NCBI GenBank assembly: GCA_035524375.1
Contig: DATKOZ010000059.1
Span: 28,822 to 92,821, forward strand
Source of the DNA: Candidatus Binataceae bacterium
GTDB lineage: Bacteria; Desulfobacterota; Binatia; Binatales; Binataceae
Direction: 5' to 3'
Length of the DNA stretch: 64,000 nt
The notes beneath the pieces were generated by a model that worked only from the letters and a program-made list of their open reading frames with translations, did not search any database and was not told where the DNA came from. Position 1 is the first letter of the stretch. Each line of letters starts with the position of its first letter. The translations under genes were made by a program, and so were the position numbers. Positions 16,407 to 26,544 of this stretch are shown here, piece after piece.

Positions 16407-18443
16407 ATGTCCGGAGCCGAACGCATTTCCGCCACCGCATCAAGCCGCCATGACAAGGCCAGCGCCGCACTGTGGCATATTGGCGGTGATTCTGTACCTC
16501 AAGCGATTCTGCCGGTGATCCTAATCGTTGGCGCGCTTGCCTGCGGGCGCAGCTTGGCTAACCGGTTTGCGCTCGATGATTACGCGCAAATCGTCAACAA
16601 CCGGCTGATTGGGCAATGGCCGTTCATCTGGCGATCGATGGTCAATGACGAGCGATGGTTTGCCGATCCGCTTCATCTTCCTCAGACCCCCTACTACCGA
16701 CCATTTCAAAACGTTTGGTTCGCGCTGAATTATCATCTGTTCGGGCTCAATCCGATCGGATGGCACACCGCGATGATTGCGCTTCACCTGATCGTGGTGT
16801 GGCTCGTCTATCGGGTTGCAACGCGGTTAAGCGGGGACCGCTGGGCAGGGCCGCTGGCGGCAGGGCTGTTCGCGCTGATGCCGATTCATGCCGAGGCGGT
16901 AGCTTGGGTCGCGTCGGCCGCAACGCTCCTGGGCGCCGCGTTCGAAATGGCCGCATTCGAGCGATATTTGTTGGCGGCACAATCCGCTGCAGCCAAGACC
17001 CGCCAAACTTTTCTGTCGCTGATATTTTTCGGCGCCGCGCTGCTGAGCTATGACAGCGCAGTGGCATTTCCCGCTCTGGTTGCCGCGCATGCTATGATCT
17101 TCCGACAGGGCAGCAGCGACGCGCCCATGCAGCGCGCCGCCGGCAATCGAGTTTTCAGCGTTATCGCAATTATATGGCCATACCTGGCCGAATTTGCAGC
17201 ATACCTCGGACTGCGATACTGGGTTCTTGGCTTCGTGAGCCGCCCGAATGCCTTCAATAGCCTGACACCGCTGACTGTTATCCTCACGATTCCCAGCGCG
17301 GTCATGCAGTACCTCGCGCTCCTGGCAATACCGTGGCAGGCCGGCCCCGCCCACACCTTGAATATTGCAACACGGGCTTCATCGCCTGATTTTTACGTAC
17401 CGGCGATCGAACTTATAGTGCTGCTCGCGTCGGCGGCGATACTGCTACAGGAGCACCCTCACCGCCGTCTGTATCTATTCTGCGGAGCGTGGTTTTTCAT
17501 CACTCTGGGCCCGATCCTCAGGCTTGATCTGCTTTTCATTAAATTCATGATCCAGGATCGCTATCTTTACCTGCCCTCCTTTGGGGTGTCCCTGATGGCG
17601 GCCGATCTTGCGATCTGGTCCGCCCGGAGAAGCGATACCGCCGCCAAAATGGTCGCATTTGCCTCGGTTGCGATCGTAGTTGCGTATGCCGCTTTGATGT
17701 GGACGTTACAACCGATCTGGCGTGATGACGCTGCTGTATTTACACGTGCAGTTGCGGCAGCTCCGAAATTTGAATTTTGGCATCAAGGGCTCGCCTCGGC
17801 GCTGGCTGCGCAGGGCGATTTCGCCGGTGCCAGCCGGGAATACGAACGCGCCGCGGCACTAACGCCGCAGGGCGGCGACGACATCTTTTACGGACTTGCA
17901 CTGGCCTATGAACATATCGGTAATCGGCGCGGCGCTGAACGCGCGATGGCCGAACGCGTCAAGCGTCTCGATCACCAGACCTCAGACGCATATGCGGATC
18001 TCGCACTCGCCGCCATGGCCGCAGGGGACAAGCCGGAAGCCGAGGAGGCGCTCAAACAGTCCGAAGCAATTCCTGGCGGCTCCGAGAGCGGCGCAATCAC
18101 TCGCGCAAAAATTTTCCTTCTCGATGGAAATGCCACGGACGCCGAGCGGACGATGCGCATGCTGCTCGCCAAAACTCCCAACGACGCTACCGCAATCGAA
18201 ATTCTGGGGACCGCGTTCTCGGCGGAGCATCGCGACACCGAAGCGCTCGCCGCATTCCAGCGTGCGCTCTCGCTTGAGCCGAACAAGCAGGAACTGCATT
18301 ACAAGATAGCCGCCGCACTGCACAACTTGGGTCGCAACCGGGAGGCGCTCGCGGAGTGCACCGTGGCTCTGCGCACTGTGCCCGGGGACCAGACGACTAA
18401 TGCGCTAATCTCCGCCATTGAGCGCGCTCTCCCGGAGCGTTAG
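16407..18443 (+). CDS. Paralog P2: GT-C-like membrane domain plus TPR domain (DD intact)
   Basis: 'NRFALDDYAQIVNN', 'NDERWFADPLHLPQTPYYRP', 'NYHLFGLNPIGWH', and a full TPR tail ending 'HYKIAAALHNLGRNREALAECTVAL'. I prefer ATG 16407, one nt after the P1 stop (TAA-C-ATG), over the GTG at 16386. Confidence 0.8.
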   Translation: MSGAERISATASSRHDKASAALWHIGGDSVPQAILPVILIVGALACGRSLANRFALDDYAQIVNNRLIGQWPFIWRSMVNDERWFADPLHLPQTPYYRPFQNVWFALNYHLFGLNPIGWHTAMIALHLIVVWLVYRVATRLSGDRWAGPLAAGLFALMPIHAEAVAWVASAATLLGAAFEMAAFERYLLAAQSAAAKTRQTFLSLIFFGAALLSYDSAVAFPALVAAHAMIFRQGSSDAPMQRAAGNRVFSVIAIIWPYLAEFAAYLGLRYWVLGFVSRPNAFNSLTPLTVILTIPSAVMQYLALLAIPWQAGPAHTLNIATRASSPDFYVPAIELIVLLASAAILLQEHPHRRLYLFCGAWFFITLGPILRLDLLFIKFMIQDRYLYLPSFGVSLMAADLAIWSARRSDTAAKMVAFASVAIVVAYAALMWTLQPIWRDDAAVFTRAVAAAPKFEFWHQGLASALAAQGDFAGASREYERAAALTPQGGDDIFYGLALAYEHIGNRRGAERAMAERVKRLDHQTSDAYADLALAAMAAGDKPEAEEALKQSEAIPGGSESGAITRAKIFLLDGNATDAERTMRMLLAKTPNDATAIEILGTAFSAEHRDTEALAAFQRALSLEPNKQELHYKIAAALHNLGRNREALAECTVALRTVPGDQTTNALISAIERALPER

Positions 18444-18456
18444 TGTCTAAAGCCTG

Positions 18457-19812
18457 TTGAAAGTCTCCTTTCCCCGTAACCCGGAATCCAATTCACACCA
18501 GCGTGGCGCCGTGATCGCGGCCGCCTCACTGGTGATTTCGCTGTTTGCCGCATTGCGTATTTGCATCGCCGGCGTGCCCGCCTCCAGCTCGCGGCCGTGG
18601 GTGTTGCTGCTTTCGATCGACGGTTCGATCAATCCGGCGGTCGCGTCCTATATCGAGGATTCGATCGATCAGGCCAAAGCCGGTGGCGCAAGCGCCGTCG
18701 TAATCGAACTCGATACCCCGGGCGGACTACTCGCCTCCGCGGAGAAAATCGTCAAGGACCTGCTTGCCGCTCCCGTGCCGGTAATTGTTTATGTCTCTCC
18801 GTCAGGCGCAGGAGCCGCGTCCGCCGGAACTTTCGTTGCGGAAGCCGCGAACATCGCGGCAATGGCGCCCGGGACCACGATCGGCGCCGCGCATCCGGTT
18901 GAAGAAGGCGGCGGCGACATCAGCGGCACGATGGGCCAAAAAGTCGAGAACTTCACAGCGTCATTCGCGCGGACGATCGCCCAGCAACGCGGTCGGAACC
19001 AGGATTGGATCGAACAGGCGGTGCGCCACAGCGTCGCCATCGGCGATCGGGAAGCGCTCGACAAGCACGTGATCGATATCGTGGCGCCGGATCTGCATAC
19101 CCTGCTGGCGCAGGCTTCCGGCCGAAAGGTCGAAGCCGGCGGCCGTTCGATTACGCTTGCGCTGGATGGCGCCGAGGTGCAACCCGCCCGGATGACCACC
19201 GGCCAGCAATTACTCAACGTATTGTCCGACCCGAACATCGTGTACCTGCTGATGATGGCAGGACTGATCGGCCTATATTTTGAATTTGCACACCCGGGCG
19301 TAATGTTTCCCGGCGTCGCCGGCGCGATCTGTCTCTTGCTTGCGCTGGCATCGTTCGAGGTGCTGCCGATCGATCTGACCGGGCTGCTGCTGATTTTTTT
19401 GGGCGTCGGGATGCTGGTGGCAGAGGCATTTGTCACCAGCTACGGCGTTCTTGGACTCGGCGGCGTGACGGCATTTGTTATTGGCTCGCTGCTTCTGATC
19501 GATACTTCAAAGACCGACCTCGCGATAAATCGGCACATCATCTATGGCGCGGCCGGCGGACTATCCGCGATTGTCCTTGGTGTCGGTTTCATCGTCGCAC
19601 GCGATCGAGGGAAACGCGCAAAGACCGGCCCCGAGGGCTTGGTCGGGGAAATTGGAGAGATTCGGGAGGCGATTGCATCGGGCAAGCCCGGAAAAATTTT
19701 TGTGCACGGTGAGATCTGGCGCGCAACTAGCACCGACGCGCTTGCGCCCGGCGCGCATGCCCGGGTGGTCGCCGTCGCCGGTTTGGAATTACAGGTGCAG
19801 GCGGTAAGCTAA
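18457..19812 (+). CDS. NfeD-family membrane-bound ClpP-class serine protease
   Basis: '[42 protein letters not shown]' is the ClpP-like domain. Several TM helices follow, then a C-terminal NfeD OB-like '[14 protein letters not shown]'. The start is uncertain (TTG 18457 or GTG 18511). Confidence 0.85.
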   Translation: MKVSFPRNPESNSHQRGAVIAAASLVISLFAALRICIAGVPASSSRPWVLLLSIDGSINPAVASYIEDSIDQAKAGGASAVVIELDTPGGLLASAEKIVKDLLAAPVPVIVYVSPSGAGAASAGTFVAEAANIAAMAPGTTIGAAHPVEEGGGDISGTMGQKVENFTASFARTIAQQRGRNQDWIEQAVRHSVAIGDREALDKHVIDIVAPDLHTLLAQASGRKVEAGGRSITLALDGAEVQPARMTTGQQLLNVLSDPNIVYLLMMAGLIGLYFEFAHPGVMFPGVAGAICLLLALASFEVLPIDLTGLLLIFLGVGMLVAEAFVTSYGVLGLGGVTAFVIGSLLLIDTSKTDLAINRHIIYGAAGGLSAIVLGVGFIVARDRGKRAKTGPEGLVGEIGEIREAIASGKPGKIFVHGEIWRATSTDALAPGAHARVVAVAGLELQVQAVS

Positions 19813-19834
19813 TCCGGAACCAAGGAGAACTGCG

Positions 19835-20605
19835 ATGGCGGGAGGATTCGGCTTCATCATAGTCATCGGCATCATCTTCGTGATGAGCGGGCTCAAGGTA
19901 CTCAACGAGTACGAGCGCGGCGTAGTCTTTCGCCTCGGGCGGCTCACCCCGTACCGGGGACCGGGCGTGATCTTCGTAATCCCGATGCTGGAGCGAATCG
20001 TGCGGGTCGATCTGCGGACCGTTACCCTCGATATTCCGCCGCAGGACGTAATCACCAAGGACAACGTGACCGTGAAGGTCAGCGCAGTGCTGTATTTCCG
20101 CGTCGTCGATCCGTCGCGCGCCGTAACCGAAGTGGCAAACTACCTCTTCGCCACGATGCAGATTGCGCAGACGACGCTGCGTTCGGTCGGTGGCCAGACC
20201 GAGCTCGATGAACTGCTAAGCCAGCGCGACAAGCTCAACGCGCGCATTCAGGAGATCGTCGACGCCCAAACCGAGCCGTGGGGCATCAAGGTTACGTTGG
20301 TCGAGATCAAAAACATCGATTTGCCGCAGGACATGCAGCGCGCAATCGCCGCCCAAGCCGAAGCCGAGCGCGAACGGCGCGCCAAGGTCATCGCGGCCGA
20401 AGGCGAATTCCAGGCGGCGCAGCGGCTGGCCGAGGCAGCGGAAATCATGGGCAAAAGCCCAATCACGCTCCAGCTTCGGTATCTGCAAACGCTGGCCGAG
20501 ATCGCGACCGAGCATAATTCGACCACGGTGTTTCCGCTCCCGATCGATTTGATAGAACCATTCCGCGCACTGATTAAGAGTGGTGACCCTGACAAGTCAA
20601 AGTAA
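19835..20605 (+). CDS. SPFH/band-7 (stomatin-like, slipin) protein
   Basis: '[56 protein letters not shown]' plus a coiled-coil '[23 protein letters not shown]'. AAGGAG RBS. This is the classic NfeD partner. Confidence 0.9.
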   Translation: MAGGFGFIIVIGIIFVMSGLKVLNEYERGVVFRLGRLTPYRGPGVIFVIPMLERIVRVDLRTVTLDIPPQDVITKDNVTVKVSAVLYFRVVDPSRAVTEVANYLFATMQIAQTTLRSVGGQTELDELLSQRDKLNARIQEIVDAQTEPWGIKVTLVEIKNIDLPQDMQRAIAAQAEAERERRAKVIAAEGEFQAAQRLAEAAEIMGKSPITLQLRYLQTLAEIATEHNSTTVFPLPIDLIEPFRALIKSGDPDKSK

Positions 20606-20620
20606 GAAGGAAGACTGAGG

Positions 20621-21226
20621 ATGGGCAGGTTGATTTTGATTCGCCACGCAGAGAGCGAAGGCAATGCGATTCGCGTTTTCACGACGACACCCGAAAGCCT
20701 TGACCTGACCAACCTTGGCCGCCGCCAAGCCGCGCTTGCTGCTGCATCTGTAAAGGAAATGTTCCAGCCGGCGAAGGTCGTCACGAGCACGTTCAAGCGA
20801 GCCCGGGAGACGGGCAGGATCATCGCCGAGGCGATTGGGGTTCCAACTGAAATCGAAGCGGACCTCCGCGAGCGCGATGTTGGCGAACTTGCGGGGCAAT
20901 CCTACGATTCGGTTCTGAACGATCCCGGTTATGAACCGAAGCTATCGTGGCTGTGGCGTCCGAAGGGAGGCGAAAGCCTGGTCGAGGTGATGGGCAGGGC
21001 CGGGCCGGTGCTCGATCGGATCGCAGCGCGTCATCGCGATGAAGAAATCGTCATCGTCAGCCATGGCGGCGTGATGCGTTCGCTGTGGGCGCACGTCACT
21101 GGCAGTTGGGAAGGTGCGCACATCCCGCCCAATTGCGGAATCGTTTTGGTCGAGCATTCGTCCGGCCGCTATCATCCGCCACGTGTGGTCAGCGGCGAAC
21201 CGACCGAAAAGGAAGCCGGCGGCTAA
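20621..21226 (+). CDS. Histidine phosphatase family protein (phosphoglycerate-mutase-like)
   Basis: The 'LILIRHAESEGN' RHG motif and a downstream 'IVSHGGVMR' His motif are both present. Confidence 0.85.
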   Translation: MGRLILIRHAESEGNAIRVFTTTPESLDLTNLGRRQAALAAASVKEMFQPAKVVTSTFKRARETGRIIAEAIGVPTEIEADLRERDVGELAGQSYDSVLNDPGYEPKLSWLWRPKGGESLVEVMGRAGPVLDRIAARHRDEEIVIVSHGGVMRSLWAHVTGSWEGAHIPPNCGIVLVEHSSGRYHPPRVVSGEPTEKEAGG

Positions 21227-22185
21227 TTGCCGGCGATCGGCTTGGTGAGTGCTCGTAGAGTCGCCGGCATCCGATTAGCTGAATCGTCAGCAAGCGGCTG
21301 GGAATAGGAAATCAACCCAGCCTTCGCAGCAATTGCCTGGCCTTGTGCGCCAAGTATCAGCTTTACGAAATCCATCGCGCCGCTTGGATTCGGCGCATCA
21401 TTCGGAATAGTGACACCGTACGCTATCGGCGCGCCCGCGATCGTCGCTCCCCCCGCCTTGACTGTGACCACGGCGTAATCCTTCCGCATCGCGACATCGC
21501 TCAAATTGATTTGCGGCGGCAGGGACAGGAACTTAAGCGGCCCCAGCCGCGCATCGGAGGCATAGCCGAAGTAGTAATCGAGGTCGCCGCTTTCAAGCAG
21601 CGAAATCAGATCGATATTATGCGGACGAATATTCGACAATGGACAACCCGCCGCCAAACGCTTGGCCAGCCCGGGCTTCCGATAAAAGTTCTCGGCCAGC
21701 CGCCACAGGATCAGCGTCCAATATCCCGCCGGATCTCGCGCCGGGTTCGAATGGCCGTAGCGCACGCCGGGGCGGTCCAGAATATCGAACCAATTGTCGG
21801 CACTGATAGCGGCGGCATCCTTCGACTTCTCGGTAAAAAGAATCCCCATCGAGTTTCCGGCAAACACGACCGCCCATCCGCCCAAGCCGGGCCGCGACGC
21901 CGTCAGCAAGCGCCAATCGGCGGTAATCAGGACATCGCATGGACGATGCAGGTCGGTGATTTTACGAATCGCATCCAAACTCCCCGAACCTTCATGCTGC
22001 ACTTCGGATCCCGGATGCGCCGCCTGATATGCCGCCGCCAGATCGCCCGCATAGGCGCGCAGGCTGTCGGCGTGAAAAACGCGGACTACGTTCGAATCGG
22101 CAGCGTGCGCATGCATCGGGCACACGATCGCGGCGATTCCAATCAATAGGACAGCCATGAATCGGCGATGCGATCTCATTTTCAA
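21223..22185 (-). CDS. Periplasmic solute-binding protein, tungstate/molybdate (WtpA/TupA)-like
   Basis: Signal peptide (...IVCPMHAHAADS). 'VFHADSL...EGSGSLDAIRKI', 'ITADW' and 'HSNPARDPAGYWT' resemble oxyanion-binding type-II PBPs. No ABC permease or ATPase gene is adjacent. Confidence 0.6.
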   Translation of the reverse strand: MKMRSHRRFMAVLLIGIAAIVCPMHAHAADSNVVRVFHADSLRAYAGDLAAAYQAAHPGSEVQHEGSGSLDAIRKITDLHRPCDVLITADWRLLTASRPGLGGWAVVFAGNSMGILFTEKSKDAAAISADNWFDILDRPGVRYGHSNPARDPAGYWTLILWRLAENFYRKPGLAKRLAAGCPLSNIRPHNIDLISLLESGDLDYYFGYASDARLGPLKFLSLPPQINLSDVAMRKDYAVVTVKAGGATIAGAPIAYGVTIPNDAPNPSGAMDFVKLILGAQGQAIAAKAGLISYSQPLADDSANRMPATLRALTKPIAGN

Positions 22186-22189
22186 ATGC

Positions 22190-23080
22190 CTAAAACGGAA
22201 GCCGAGCGGAGACGACCCATCGGCTGTTGAAGTTCCGGTAATGCGTTACTGCGACTTCGTCGCCCGCGCCAATCGTCACGCCAAGGCGATTATTTAAAGG
22301 AATGCGTCCGATGATCAAACCGGGAGTCAGGTACAACTGATTGTGGCCCGTTTTTTCGCCATACGAAAACCACGTGTAGTTCGTTTCAAATTCGGGCCAA
22401 AAATATTTGAACAGGCGATACTGAAAGGCGGTATTCCACGCCACCGGCATCCCCAAGCGATCCAATCCGCCGCTTGGAAATGTTACGCCAACGGTGCTCT
22501 GGACGTCGAAGTCCCCGAACCCCTTGCCTGCTGCCAATGTGGGAGTGAAAGTCGCGTGGCCCGCGCCGTTGACATTGGAGCCGGTCGGCACGGTGAATCC
22601 CATGAACGCGGTCACGATGTAATTGCCTTGCTCTTCGTTCGCGGATAGCAGGCGCAGCTTCAGCAGGTACGATAGATCGCCCCAGCCGTCCGTGTTGCGC
22701 GGCGAGCTGCGTTTCAGGTACGGCGGCATCGAGATGATCAGTTCCGTATGCTCCTCCGGGATCAGCTCCAAGCCCTTGCCGCCGTCAAAATTATCGACCG
22801 CGACGCCATTCTTCGATTGAGTGTCCCAGTATTGGTCGTAGCGAACTTCCTGCTCCAGCCGCGGCGTCACCGTGACCAGTGGCGTGATCCAATGCGGCTG
22901 GCTCGCCTTGGCGGCATCGGAGCGAACGAACCAGTTGGAGAAATAATCCTCGATTACCCCCAGAACTCCATAGCCGAACGTGGATGACGGCGGCTGGTCA
23001 TCCGCGAACGCCGGCACCGTGGCCAGAGACAAAGCAGCGCAGATTACCGAAGCCACAAAAGCAATACGGGCAGTTTTCAT
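22190..23080 (-). CDS. Outer-membrane beta-barrel channel (MetA-pathway/'transporter'-type barrel?)
   Basis: Signal peptide MKTARIAFVASVICAALSLATVPAFA, alternating amphipathic strands and a C-terminal 'SARLPF'. It lies 4 nt upstream of the binding-protein gene. Confidence 0.6.
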   Translation of the reverse strand: MKTARIAFVASVICAALSLATVPAFADDQPPSSTFGYGVLGVIEDYFSNWFVRSDAAKASQPHWITPLVTVTPRLEQEVRYDQYWDTQSKNGVAVDNFDGGKGLELIPEEHTELIISMPPYLKRSSPRNTDGWGDLSYLLKLRLLSANEEQGNYIVTAFMGFTVPTGSNVNGAGHATFTPTLAAGKGFGDFDVQSTVGVTFPSGGLDRLGMPVAWNTAFQYRLFKYFWPEFETNYTWFSYGEKTGHNQLYLTPGLIIGRIPLNNRLGVTIGAGDEVAVTHYRNFNSRWVVSARLPF

Positions 23081-23111
23081 AGCCGATGTTTGGTGACATT
23101 ATAAAGGCGAA

Positions 23112-24245
23112 ATGTCAAGCAAACTGGCAGAACATCAAAGCGCGGTCACGCGCGCGCGTATCGCGCGAGGACACAGCCAGACCGAGCTTGCCCGCCGTGC
23201 CGGCATCTCCCGCCAGGCGCTGAACGCAATCGAGGCCGGCGCTTATCAACCCGGCGTGACAGCCGCGATCGCAATTGCGCGCGAACTCGGCCAGTCCGTC
23301 GAAGGACTGTTCAGTGCGCCGGCGCCGGAACGCCTCGATGTAATTGTCGCCGGTTCAACCCCTCCGTCCTCGCTGGCGCCCCGCTCGCGTATTGCTCTGG
23401 CACGGCTGGGCGGGCGCATTGTCGCGATCGCTCAGCCACCGGTTGCGATACAACTTTCGGCTGCAGGCGGAATCGTGGAGAAAACCTCAGGCAGCCACGC
23501 GGTCGTCGACTCGTTCCGGTCGCAGGCCGAGATCGACTCGACGCTGGTAATAGCGGGATGCGATCCAGCCGTCGCGATTTTGGCTGAGTGGTTGGCAAGG
23601 ACCCGAAGCAACGTCCGAGTTGCAGCGCTCGGCGGCTCAAGCCGATCGGCGCTCAAAGCGCTAGCCGGCGGCGCGGTTCACGCCGCCGGAGCGCATCTGC
23701 GAGATCCACGAACCGGCGATTACAACTTGTCGCCCGCACGGCGCGTGCTCGGGCGAACCCGCTGCCTGATGGTGAATTTCGCAAGGTGGGAGCTCGGCCT
23801 GGCGACGCGGCCCGGCAATCCGCTTGGCATCAAAGGATTATCCGATCTCATGCGTCCCCGGATTCGTATCGTTAATCGAGAGCTGGGCTCCGGCGCACGT
23901 ATCGTACTCGATGAAGCGCTTCACGATTCGAATCAGAGACCCCGCAACAGAATTCACGGCTACGAACGCGAAGTCGGCGGGCATCTGGAGGTCGCAGCGG
24001 CAATCGCAGCGGAGCAGGCCGATACCGGCTTGACAATTCGCGTGGCTGCGGAAACCTATGGACTTGGTTTTATTCCCATCCGCCAAGAGCGATATGACAT
24101 TGCGATTGCGGAGCGTGAAATCAATTCGCCGCCGGTAAAGGCAATGCTCGATGCCCTGAATTCTTCACGCTTTGGCCGCGAGGTTGCCCTTCTCTGCGCC
24201 TACGACACCAGCGCGATGGGCAGCGTGCTCGCAAGCGCAGCATAA
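23112..24245 (+). CDS. XRE-type HTH regulator fused to a periplasmic-binding-protein-like sensor domain
   Basis: The N-terminus 'ARGHSQTELARRAGISRQALNAIEAGAYQPGVTAAIAIAREL' is an HTH. The C-terminal ~270 aa are PBP-like ('VIAGCDPAV...LKALAGGAVHAAGAHL'). It is divergent from the barrel and binding-protein pair. Confidence 0.7.
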   Translation: MSSKLAEHQSAVTRARIARGHSQTELARRAGISRQALNAIEAGAYQPGVTAAIAIARELGQSVEGLFSAPAPERLDVIVAGSTPPSSLAPRSRIALARLGGRIVAIAQPPVAIQLSAAGGIVEKTSGSHAVVDSFRSQAEIDSTLVIAGCDPAVAILAEWLARTRSNVRVAALGGSSRSALKALAGGAVHAAGAHLRDPRTGDYNLSPARRVLGRTRCLMVNFARWELGLATRPGNPLGIKGLSDLMRPRIRIVNRELGSGARIVLDEALHDSNQRPRNRIHGYEREVGGHLEVAAAIAAEQADTGLTIRVAAETYGLGFIPIRQERYDIAIAEREINSPPVKAMLDALNSSRFGREVALLCAYDTSAMGSVLASAA

Positions 24246-24254
24246 ATTGAACGC

Positions 24255-25028
24255 TTAATTTCCGCCTGCGGCGGGCATTACGGATTCGAGAAACGACTGC
24301 GAGCGGATTCGACGGTCCAAGATCGATGACATAAACCGCGACAATGCCATCGCCCCGTCCACGCCTGCCGGCTCAGCGCCGGGCGAATCCTCGATCGCAA
24401 CGGCGGCCAGCCGCGCCAGCCGCGCGGCACTAGGCGCGGAAAGCTTGATAGCGCCACTATCTTCCAGCGGACGGCATCGCCCGCACACGATCCCACCACG
24501 CGCAACGATAAAGTAGACCGGCGAATGATCGCCATTGCCAATGCTCGCGCACTGGCGGCATCGGTTGAATTCCAATCCGAAACCGGCCCACCGCAGCAAC
24601 CCAATTTCGAACGCCTGCCGAAGCGCCTGATTCGCCGAGTTGTTTCCGAGAGTGCCAAGCGCCGCCGAGAGTACGCGATAGGCGTCGGCCGCTTCGCCCT
24701 CCTCTGCCGTCAGCGCGTCCGCCAGTTCGAGCATGTAGCTGCCCAGCGCGATCTTCGCGAGGTCATCGTCGATGGTGTGCTGGGCGAGGTCGCCCGCCTC
24801 GGCGCGCGTGATGAAGACAAGTTGTCCGTGCGGACGGCGGCGAAAGTGCAGCATCACATGCGAGAACGGCTCGAGCTTGCGCTCGAAGCGATGGCGTGAG
24901 GCTTTGGCGCCCTTTGCAATCCCGCTCAACTTGCCGGCCCCCGCCGTCAAAAGCGTGACGATTCGATCCGATTCAGCGTAATCGCGAGCGCGAAGCACTA
25001 TTGCTGGAGTCGATTCTTCCGCCGGCAT
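24255..25028 (-). CDS. recO: DNA repair protein RecO
   Basis: 'AIVLRARDYAESDRIVTLLTAGAGKLSGIAKGAKASRHRFERKLEPFSHVML' is the OB fold. A Cys-rich 'CRQCAS...CGRC' zinc motif follows. ATG is at 25028, and the ORF-track start at 25181 overlaps P3. Confidence 0.9.
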   Translation of the reverse strand: MPAEESTPAIVLRARDYAESDRIVTLLTAGAGKLSGIAKGAKASRHRFERKLEPFSHVMLHFRRRPHGQLVFITRAEAGDLAQHTIDDDLAKIALGSYMLELADALTAEEGEAADAYRVLSAALGTLGNNSANQALRQAFEIGLLRWAGFGLEFNRCRQCASIGNGDHSPVYFIVARGGIVCGRCRPLEDSGAIKLSAPSAARLARLAAVAIEDSPGAEPAGVDGAMALSRFMSSILDRRIRSQSFLESVMPAAGGN

Positions 25029-25080
25029 CCCGTCCTCATCCTCGCCGAAAGTTCTATCAGACAGCGGGCCGCGATTTAAG

Positions 25081-26544
25081 TTAGCGGCTTGCGCCGCGAT
25101 GCTCGATGGCAGCCATAAGTGCCCGCGTGCCCGGGTCTTCCGGCGCGAGCTTGGCTGCAAACTCAAGCTCGATCCGAGCACCGCCTACATCGCCCTGTTC
25201 CAGACGCGCCATTCCGAGTCCCTTGTGGCAGGCGGCAAGATCCGGTGCCTCGTCGACACATCGCCCGTACCAGGAAATGTCATCACGCCAGAATGGCTCA
25301 GCGTGAAAAAGTGTCGCCGCGTAAAGTATCGTAAAAGCGGCCGCGCCGACCTGAGCGATTCTCGCGCGCTGCGCGCTTTCCCTTGCGAAACATATCGCCA
25401 GATCGGAAATCATCAGACAGAACCCGAACGATGACAGATAGAGATAACGATCCTGAACGGCGGCTTGAGGGACAATTACATCGAGGCTAAGGATCGGGCC
25501 AATCGCGATCACCATCCACGCGGCGCAGAATGCGTAGAGCCGCCAATGGGGATGATGCCGGAGCAGAATCACGGCCGCGACGCTCAATGCGGCCAAGCCG
25601 ATAAATGGCAGATAAAAGCCGGGCGCGATGACGCTATGCACCAATTGCAGGCGATGCGCCAATCCGGACCGCCATGGAACCGCCAGCAAAATTGCGTAAT
25701 CGGCAATCGCAGACGGGATCGTTAATGCGATAACTTTCGCCGTCAGGTCGTTACCGGGATACGGCTGCAAACTGCCAAAGCCCAAAATCCAAAATCGAAG
25801 CGCGAGGTAGGCTGCCGCCACAAGCGCATAGGGCAATGTCGCGGCGATCGCGCGACTCATTCGCGCCGCGACGGTGGAATCGAAGGCGGCATTCGAAGCA
25901 TTGCCGGAGAAGATAAACGCGTGTGCCGCGATCAATGCCGGAAATGCGATGGCGCTGTCATAGCTCAGGAGCGCGCAAGCAAAGCTGCCGATCGAGATTG
26001 TCAGTCGCCGCGTGCTGCGCTCTCCCGAAAACCAGCCTAGATATGATGCGAATGCGCTCAACTCGAATAAGGCACTGAGCGGTGATCCGATCGCAGCAGG
26101 CCACACCACCGCCTGCGCATGCACCGGCATCAGCGCGAATAGCGCTGCCGCGAAAAACCCGGACCATTCATTTCCGCTCAATTGCGACGCGACCTTGAAG
26201 ACCAACCACACCACGATCAGGTGAAGCAAGATCATCGTTGCATGCCATCCGGCCGGATTGAGTCCGAACAGATGAAAATTCAGCGCGAACCAAACATTCT
26301 GCAGCGGACGATAGTAAGGACCTTGCGGAAGATGAAGCGGGTCGCGAAACCACCAAGAGTCGTTGAGCAGTGATTTCCATATGAACGGCCAGTCACCGAG
26401 ATATTTGTTGTCGACGATTTGGAAGCGATCGTCGAGTACGAAGCCGTTGCCGAGCGACCGGCTGAAGACCAACGCGGTCAGCACAATCAACCGGACCATC
26501 CAAGTGCGGGAGGCACGCTTTGACGTTCCGTCAGGCACAGTCAT
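25081..26544 (-). CDS. Paralog P3: GT-C-like membrane domain with a strongly shortened TPR tail
   Basis: 487 aa. 'NGFVLDDRFQIVDN', 'NDSWWFRDPLHLPQGPYYRP' and 'NFHLFGLNPAGWH' are present. After the membrane domain only ~80 aa remain ('CHKGLGMARLEQGD...GTRALMAAIEHRGASR'). The ATG overlaps the P4 stop (ATGA). Confidence 0.8.
   Translation of the reverse strand: MTVPDGTSKRASRTWMVRLIVLTALVFSRSLGNGFVLDDRFQIVDNKYLGDWPFIWKSLLNDSWWFRDPLHLPQGPYYRPLQNVWFALNFHLFGLNPAGWHATMILLHLIVVWLVFKVASQLSGNEWSGFFAAALFALMPVHAQAVVWPAAIGSPLSALFELSAFASYLGWFSGERSTRRLTISIGSFACALLSYDSAIAFPALIAAHAFIFSGNASNAAFDSTVAARMSRAIAATLPYALVAAAYLALRFWILGFGSLQPYPGNDLTAKVIALTIPSAIADYAILLAVPWRSGLAHRLQLVHSVIAPGFYLPFIGLAALSVAAVILLRHHPHWRLYAFCAAWMVIAIGPILSLDVIVPQAAVQDRYLYLSSFGFCLMISDLAICFARESAQRARIAQVGAAAFTILYAATLFHAEPFWRDDISWYGRCVDEAPDLAACHKGLGMARLEQGDVGGARIELEFAAKLAPEDPGTRALMAAIEHRGASR

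Noticed and set aside
15617-16456. 279-aa minus-strand ORF inside P1
   Set aside because: It is antisense to the P1 TPR region, which is conserved across ten paralogs on the plus strand. The same reasoning applies to the many 60-230-aa antisense ORFs inside P2-P10.
21343-22149. 268-aa plus-strand ORF
   Set aside because: It is antisense to the periplasmic binding-protein gene. It is a shadow ORF.
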